Assembly: GCA_977017575.1 (NCBI GenBank)
Contig: CDRNVI010000234.1
Coordinates: 1-29,138 of the forward strand
Source: Paramoeba atlantica
Lineage: Eukaryota > Protista > Discosea
Direction of reading: 5' to 3'
Length of the DNA stretch: 29,138 bases
Both the position numbers and the translations under genes were made by a program. The notes under the pieces are model-generated. The model saw only the letters and a list, made by a program, of their open reading frames with translations. It did no database searches and had not been told where the DNA came from. Shown here in pieces: positions 21,918 to 29,138 of the stretch (position 1 is its first letter; each line of letters starts with the position of its first letter).

Positions 21918-22554
21918 GTAGGGTTATTAATTAGGTATTCAGGAATTCTTTTCTTCCAAGAGTTGATCTTCCACTCTTTTACACTGGTCCCTTCAATCAT
22001 TACAATATGATCTTTAAAACCAAATAAGATTCCATTTATAAACAAATGATCTTCAGGAGCCTTCAAGAAAAGGAAAATATAATCAATACACTGCCCCTGA
22101 AAATGGATGGGTTTTGACTAGTTGAGGCAAGACAAATTCATATCAGAAAGGTGTTCAATTAATTTCTAGCAATTGGTTTTGTTTAAATCTCAATTGAGAT
22201 TCCTAACCAAAATATTTTTGCTTTAGGAGAAAAATCAGGAAGATTCTTCCATTAGGTGTTCCAGTTTCAAACCAGGGTGGTGATAAACATTGAAGATTAA
22301 GAATTTTTGATTTTGGATGAAAACTTTTAATCCAAATGATTTACCTTCATTTTTCTCAAAAAAGAAGAGAATGAGATCTTTCAATCCTTTCACATGTCTA
22401 ATTCCAATCATAAGACTACATTTCCTCTCTGAGAAGGAATCACAAAACCAAATGTACTTCCTCAAGTAGTTCTTAAGATGATTAAAATCATTTTCAGATG
22501 TTGCATAGGTTTCCTGGAGGAAGATGTATTGAGGCCAAGAGTTAACTGTTTTTT

Positions 22555-23446
22555 GGTTTTGAAACCATCCCTCTTGGGTCCAACAATATTGGTGAATTTA
22601 CAGGCTGTTTGAAAGGAATGCAATGTGCCAGATCAATGACGAATGAGATTGAAGTTGTCGGGGATTGTATGATTCTCACCAAGGCTGCACCCAAAACCCA
22701 TGCCATCAAAAACTATGCCTTGAATGAACTACTTTGTGAAATCCGTAAGTTAGCAATGTGCTTTGATGAGATAGAATTCACCCATGTACCCCAAGAGCTT
22801 AACAAGCGAGCTGATGCAATTGCAACTGCTGCAAGTTGGTCTAAAGAGGATGGAACATGTGCTGTGAATGACCATCATTGGGATCCAAGATCACAACATA
22901 TTGCAGAAACCAGTGAAGAGTGGATTATTTTGAATTCAACCCTGTGGAACTGGATCAATTCCCCCCTCACCCATGACTGGACCTTCCCCATCCCCCCAGG
23001 GAATTTTATAAGGAAATTCCAAGAAAACACGGTGACAACCCTCCATGTTTTGTTTCTGGCCCAAACTGCTCTTGAGAATGCTCTAATTCTCCCTGTAATA
23101 ATTACTAAAGATATCCAAGGATGGTTCCATCAGTCCCAAGAGAGCAATCTGGTGAGGAGCTTTATTGAGGAAGATTTTCGAAGGAATGTAATTAACTTCA
23201 TAGAAACCTCCAAACCGAATTCACTCCCTGGTTTTAGAAGGCGAACAATCAAACGCAGACCCCTTAGTGAGAACTAAAGTTGGTAAAGAAACTCCAATGC
23301 ATCCCATGCTGAAGAGATCTTTGGATCTAACTCTTAATTTATCTTCCCTCCCCCCCCCCTTTCTTCCCCCCTCTTTTCCATCCTAGAGATGGTTTTTTAA
23401 CTCTAATAAATGGCACCTAGTGTCTGAACCTTAAAAAAAAAAAAAA
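22555..23446 (+). mobile_element. LINE family Z, 5'-truncated (RNase H C-terminal part, Trp-rich domain, 3' UTR, poly(A))
   Basis: Open frame to 23277: GFETIPLGSNNIGEFTGC..VVGDC..HVPQELNKRADAIA..WDPRS..EEWII. CpGs retained. AATAAA 23405-23410, poly(A). Exact 18-bp TSD aagagttaactgtttttt (22537-22554, 23447-23464). Confidence 0.92.
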
Positions 23447-23460
23447 AAGAGTTAACTGTT

Positions 23461-23900
23461 TTTTTTTTTTTTTTTTTTTTTTTTTTCTTTTTGAAGCAAA
23501 CTTTATTCAATTAGTAGTTTTTAATTTAAACCATTTAAATTACATTAAATTATATTTGTTTTTAATCTTTAATGAGAAGTAAAGTTTTTAAACTTTAACT
23601 TAGTTTAGTTAGTCTTTATACTGAACTTTAGAACTTCTACAAGTTCAGGCTGGAGAATGTACATCAAAAGAGAGAATAATTCAAAACTCTTTTCAAAGGA
23701 ATTTATTTTCAACTTTTTAGCAAATAAGGCTGAAATGTAATCTGTTTTGATTTTCACACTTTTTCAAAAGCTTTTCACTTCAATCAAATCATTTTACAGC
23801 ACCAAAAAAATTTTCTAAAATATTAAAAAACTGGGATTTGAACTTGCCCCCCCAAGGTTGAATATAGTTGAATTTATAACTAAACTACAGGCACTAACCC
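23461..23900 (-). mobile_element. SINE-A, full length
   Basis: Head gggttagtgcctgTAGTTTAGTT..AGTTCAAATCC, long T-run tail. 14-bp TSD aagagttaactgtt (23447-23460) / aagagctagctatt (23903-23916). Confidence 0.88.
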
Positions 23901-24200
23901 TCAAGAGCTAGCTATTATTTTCTTACAGATCTTAAGTTTTTTTTCATTTTAAAGCTTATTTATGTTCCAGGAGAGGACTTTCAAGTTAAGAAAATAAAAA
24001 AAATATTGAATTTAGGATAAATTGGAAGGATTGAATTCCAGCACATGAGGGTGGGCTCAAGCTGCACTTACAGTCAAGGCAATTTGTGGATTTGAATTGG
24101 ACTGTTGGAGAGGTTTCAATACCCTGAAAGTTAGCTAATGTTATTGCTCACCTCAGCTCACAAACAGCCTCAACTTGACTTTCTTTCATTGTTCAAACTT

Positions 24201-24341
24201 TTGACCATTGAAAAAAAACCAAAAAAAACATTAATTGTTGAAAAAATAACTTTGATGGTTGAAAAAAAATAACAAAAATTTTAACCATTGAAAAAATAAT
24301 TTCAACAGTCAAAAAAAAACAAAAAAAAAATTGATTGTTGA
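24201..24341. repeat. Array of six degenerate palindromic motifs separated by A-tracts
   Basis: ttgaccattg 24201, ttaattgttg 24231, ttgatggttg 24252, ttaaccattg 24281, tcaacagtca 24302, ttgattgttg 24331. All derivable from TCGAC(C/G)GTCG by C-to-T/G-to-A only. Confidence 0.6.
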
Positions 24342-25178
24342 AAAAAAAGTGCTTTTTTTTGCATTTTTTTTTCAACTACCAAAAAACAAAGCTATCACCA
24401 GTTTTTTGTTTTGTTTTTTCTCTTCAAAACTGAAAGAAAGGTTGAAAAGAGTGTTTGAGAGTGAGTTTTGAGGTGTTTTTTGAAGAAAAAAAAAAATTTG
24501 TTTCTCTTTTCACTTTTTTATCATCAAATGAATTTACAATAAGAAATTTCTTTTTGTTTGAATTAATCAACAAAACAAGTTCTTTTTTTTCCTTCCACAA
24601 TATCATCATCTTCAACTTCAATATACAACCTTTTCTTTCAAATCAAACAATTCAATCATCAAAAGAATAACAAATACACACTTTTTTTCTTTTTTCTTTT
24701 TCTTTTTTATTTTATTTTTTCAACTTTCACCATTCTTATTCAACCAAAAAACAAACAAATCAAAAGAGAGACCATAAAAGTGAACATATGGATATAATAT
24801 CAGATTTTTTTTTTGAAGGCTCAAAAGAAATATCTGAAGTTACTTTAACCCTAAAAAATATCATGATTGTAAGTGCAGCTTGAGCTCACCCCTATGTGAG
24901 AGGAGATTTGGAAATCACAAAGTCTCTCTTGGGGGAAAAGAGAGTTGAGGGGGGTGGGAGGAGTGGGAAGTTGAGAAATTAGTTGGAACTTGTTGATAAC
25001 TGTTGAAGAAAGGGGTTGAAGTTGAGCATCAAATCTCAGGGAGGAGAATTGAAAGAGCTCATATTTTCTAATATTATTTTGATTATTTTTTTTTCCTTTT
25101 TTTTTCCTTTTGTTTACCATCTTCTGTTCTATTTTTTAGTATTTCTTTCCTTTTTTTTAATTAACTTCCAACTTAGAA

Positions 25179-25601
25179 GGGTTGGCACCTGTAGTTTAGT
25201 TATAAATTTGACTATGTTCCACCCTAGGGGGGTGAGTTCAAATCCCAGTTTTTTGATATAAAAGAAAATTTTTCTGGTGCTATAAAGTGATTTGATTGGA
25301 GTGAGAAGTTTTTGAAGAAGTATGAAAATTGGAACAGATTACATCTCAGCCCTGTTTGCTAAAAAGTTAAGGATAAATTCCCTTGAAAGGAGTTTTGGAT
25401 TATTCTTTCTTCTGATGTGCATTCTCTAGCTTGAATTTACAGAAGTTCTAAAGTTCAACATAAAAACCAACTGAACTAAGCTAAAGTTTAAAACTTCATC
25501 TCTTGTTAAAAGTTAAAAACAAATATAATTTAATGTAATTCAAATGGTTTAGATTAAGAACTATTAATTGAATAAAGTTTGCCTTAAAAAGAAAAAAAAA
25601 A
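25179..25601 (+). mobile_element. SINE-A, full length
   Basis: gggttggcacctgTAGTTTAGTT..GAGTTCAAATCC, core, AATAAA, A tail. 16-bp TSD aacttccaacttagaa (25163-25178) / aacttttaatttagaa (25602-25617). Confidence 0.9.
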
Positions 25602-26035
25602 AACTTTTAATTTAGAACTTTCTTTTAATTTTTTTTCTTTTTTTCTAATTTTTTTTTTTTCTTTAAACTTTTCCTCTTTTTCTTTTAAACAATAGAAAAG
25701 CTTCCTTGAAGGTCATTTGAAGATAATTTTGAATTTCCATCAAGATTAGTATTTTAAAGATAAGAGGGAAAGAGGGAATTAACAATTTTTTAACTATTGT
25801 TAGAATGAAAATCAAATGAAAAAGATGAAAATTCATGTTTATTTGAATTACTAAAAGAGATAGTGTTTTTCTGGTTTTACAAACTAATGGTGATGTTCTT
25901 TTTCTTGATTACTTTTTTGGCTTGTGATCTAGGGACTCTATAGGAAACACCTTCAGAGGAGAGGAACACTTTGGACACCAGTGGAGGAAAGAGGGAAAGA
26001 AACATTAGTGGAGGAAGAAGGGGAAGGGACATTTC

Positions 26036-26358
26036 TTTTTTTTTTTTAATATTGGACTTTATTAGATGATGGTCTAACCCAAAGCCACTAATTTTTTAAG
26101 GTTAAAAATAACAAGGATAGAATTTCACTTCTTTAAGTTCAAATGGTTTAAAGACCTTTAATTCACTCAAACTCCTTCTTAAGGAATTTATTCTCTGCTT
26201 TTTAGCAGACAGAACAAAGAATAATCTATTCTGTAATTCACATTCAAGTGAGTAGGAAGAGAAAATAATGTTTTAATATTTTCCTTTTTGGGATTTGAAT
26301 CTACAACCTTGAATTGAAGCAATAGTTATTTTACCAACTAAGCTATTATGCTACAATT
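26036..26358 (-). mobile_element. SINE-B, full length
   Basis: Head, core and tail present. 16-bp TSD gggaagggacatttct (26020-26035) / gggaaaggacacctct (26359-26374). Confidence 0.9.
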
Positions 26359-26374
26359 GGGAAAGGACACCTCT

Positions 26375-29138
26375 AGAATTTCTCACTTTATTACTTTTTT
26401 CCTTCTTTGCAAGAATGGTTTTGAAAATTGTGTTTGATTTTTTAACTTCCAATATTTTGTTTGTGTTGCCTTTCAATTTCTTTTTACTTTGCCTCACTTT
26501 TTCCCTATCTTTATTGATTATTTTTCTTGTTTTTTCAGCTTACAATTTTATACTGGTGTGCACTATTTTGAATTATATTTCTGGCAGCCATTTTTGACTT
26601 AGCACATGGTTTTTCAATAAACACAGTTCTGATCACATCTATTTTTGTTTTTCTCCTTATGTTATAGAAGATTCATGTTATTTTTCTTGTTTCTTGGAGA
26701 TTATTTTTGTATTTGTCAATGTTTTTTTTTGCCTGTTATGACACTCTGTTTTAACTTTGTTCTTTGTTTTGCCCAACTGTTCTTTTGATTTTATTTCTGT
26801 TTTATAGATTTTCTCTGCCTTTGATTTGCTTAAGATGATTTCTTGTTGATTTCCATGTTTCATTTTTATTGGTGAATCAATTCAGTCCTCTTGCTCATTG
26901 TTTGTTTTGGTTATTTGTCTTTGGTTATGCTTTTAGAACAACATATTGTTTGGAATTAACATTCTGAACAACTTCAGCTTACACAACACTGTTTCCTTGT
27001 ATAATCTTGACTTGAGTTTTGTTTGTCAACATTTCTCAAAGCTTCTTCATGTTCCTCAATCTCTTCTTTGTGTTGGATATTGTGATTGTTGGTTCTATTT
27101 GAAAATTTTTGTAATTCCTTCTGTTATTTCAATTGGTCTTTGTTGATGTTTGCCTCATGCTTACAAATTGCATTTTGATGATTATTTTATTGTTGATTTT
27201 GAGTTGAGCCCTAATCAAACTTTTTCTCTTGATTCAATGAATATTTGTGATCATTTGTATTGATTGAATGATGGTTGTGTAGTTTTAATACTCATTTCTA
27301 TCTCATTTTGGATTCATGGATTTGTATTTTCAGATTTTTGTTCTTCAACTGCCATTTCTGATTGTGAATTTGTGATTGTGGATTTGCTTGACTGGATTTA
27401 TTCTTATGTTTGACAATTTCTCATTTTGTTTTGTTTCCTCAAAGCTTGATTGAATTTTTCCCTCTGTCTTGATGATATTCTTAAAAATTCCTGATATTTT
27501 CAAAGTAATTCTAGATTGAATTTGTACTTTTTGAATCTGAATGTACTTTATTATTAATCTCTTTGGATTTTTCATCTTGTTATCTCAAATTCCCTACCTG
27601 TGAATTTGAACTCTTATTTCTAATTGAATTCATCCCTGTGTTGATTTTATTGAAGAAATAATTGATTCCATCTTCTTGTTTTTCTTGTAACAATATTATT
27701 TTGAATTTATCATTCTTGGATTGATGCCTCAGGATGATTCTTCTTATTCTTTTGTTTTTGGTTGATAATGGAAATTCTTCTAATTTCCTTTTTTGCTTTG
27801 AAATTGTTGAATTTATACCTTCCTTTTACCTTTTGTGATTTTGATTCTAGACTTTATTTTCACTTGGATTCCTCTCTCAGATATTCCTACTTGAATTTTG
27901 AAATCCATTTTGGTGTTAAAAGGATATTTCATTAAAAAATTGTGTTTGTGTCATTTCAGATGTACCACCCCCAAAGCTGTTTTGATTTTGGTTACTGCAC
28001 TTTCCCTCAAGTTATAACCTTTCTAATTTGATTTGTTTGTTTTGAAGTTGATTCAATTGCTGATGCTTCTTTTTTGTCCTCAATACTCTTTATTCTAAAT
28101 TTCTTTTTTTTTTGAAAAACCTCAATTTGCTTTTCCTTCTATCATAGTCTCATGTTTTTGTTTATTCTTTGGTAATGATGCTGATTCTTGAATTTAATTT
28201 GTAATGGCTTTATTTTCAGCAAGTTCTATTGAGCATCTTGTACCATTTACATCCTATTCTAATTATTGGTTGATTTATTGGAATTAAGTTTTTTCTTGGT
28301 TTTTGATAAGTTGATTTTGGATTTCCTCTATTGATTCAGTTTTGTGATTTGATGGTTAATACTTTCTCTTGTTTTGAAATGCCTTTATTGTGATGAAATC
28401 AAAATATCAAATTGAAAGGGAGTGTTTGTGTGACTTGTAACTAATTTCTTGGCTTCACCTAAAATATTTTGGTATTATTTGATTTCCTTTGTTATTCCCC
28501 ATAGTTTATTCTTATCAAATTATTGTTGTGCAATTTAATCTTTTGATCTGGTTTTCACTTTTCAATTCTCTCTTGTTTTATGGTTGATTGTGAATATTGT
28601 TTCTTCTTCCTCTGTTTCAATGTTATCATCATTTTTAAAGATTGTTATCTCATTTCTTTCTGTTTTGCCTGCAATTTAATAATTGCTTTTGTCTTTGCAA
28701 TCCCTTAAACAATGCCCTCCAACATTACTTTGCTTTTGAGACACCTGTTACCTTTGAAGGGAGTTCTCATGTCCCCTTTTTGTTCTTTTGTAACTCCATT
28801 GCCTCATTTTTGTTCTTTCAAGGGAGTTCTGAGTTTTATTTTCTCTAACTCTCTGAGTCTTTGTTTTTCTCACCTTTGCAATGGATTTTCACTGGCCTCA
28901 TAACATTTTTTCTTTGATGTTCTTCTTTCAGCTTGTGTTTTTCTCACCTCTCTTCTCAAATCTCAATGCAATTGTAACATTTGTTGGTTTGATCAACATT
29001 TATCTTTTGTGTAACAATATATTTGTTTTTACATATATGATGTGTGATTTATCTTTGAAAATTCATTCCCTAAATTTTGAAAATGTGTACCTGAAATGCT
29101 TTGCCTCTGAACCATGTTTTCAACACTATTCTGAATGA
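26375..29138 (-). repeat. Repeat V copy 2 (A-rich on minus strand, decayed coding-like)
   Basis: 27620-29138 is the inverted copy of 18005-19528. Similar composition continues for about 1.2 kb past the point where copy 1 is cut by X2. Runs off the window end. Confidence 0.65.

Larger units (their letters stand above)
21921..24400 (-). mobile_element. LINE family W copy 2 (upstream spacer plus APE), interrupted by LINE Z and SINE-A
   Basis: LKVLSWNINK (~23950-23980), PQYIFLQET, LRKYIW, FNVYHHPGLKLEHLMEESS, IDxIF. Colinear with W1 at about 1810-2088 and 2717-2890. Upstream boundary uncertain. Confidence 0.85.

Noticed and set aside
25978-26032. ~27-bp purine-rich tandem duplication
   Set aside because: Two degenerate units in low-complexity sequence; ordinary slippage.
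337-26358. CRISPR-like or prokaryotic repeat system
   Set aside because: The repeats are long, dispersed, A-tailed and TSD-flanked (SINEs). No regular repeat-spacer array, cas genes or operon structure.
18005-29138. Inverted V copies as terminal inverted repeats of one large DNA transposon
   Set aside because: The inner end of copy 1 is a truncation by X2, copy 2 continues beyond it, and the outer ends cannot be seen. Two dispersed copies explain it more simply.

Overview
AT-rich eukaryotic DNA made almost entirely of nested, decaying retroelements. I see no intact host gene, rRNA, functional tRNA or CRISPR array, and the host cannot be identified from sequence alone. Family labels below (X, Y, Z, W, U, V, SINE-A, SINE-B) are my own. 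(1) A near full-length 7-kb non-LTR retrotransposon X1 (9254-16273; ORF1 plus APE-RT-CCHC-RNase H, AATAAA, poly(A), 16-bp TSD) sits inside a SINE, which itself sits inside the ORF1 of another LINE. (2) Pieces of related LINEs: X2, W1/W2 (APE/RT), Y (two arms forming a ~3.5-kb head-to-head palindrome), Z (youngest, intact 3' ORF) and U (ORF1). At least three families are distinguishable by their RNase H. (3) Eleven copies of two tRNA-derived SINE families that share a 72-bp central core, most with readable TSDs. (4) A DDE integrase remnant and a long A-rich repeat (V) in inverted copies. Most notable: a Trp-rich domain after the RNase H conserved in three families; a covarying 3' hairpin after AATAAA in the same three; a fold-back palindrome bounded exactly by two poly(A) tails; and pervasive all-context C-to-T/G-to-A decay (20 of 20 TSD mismatches are transitions).
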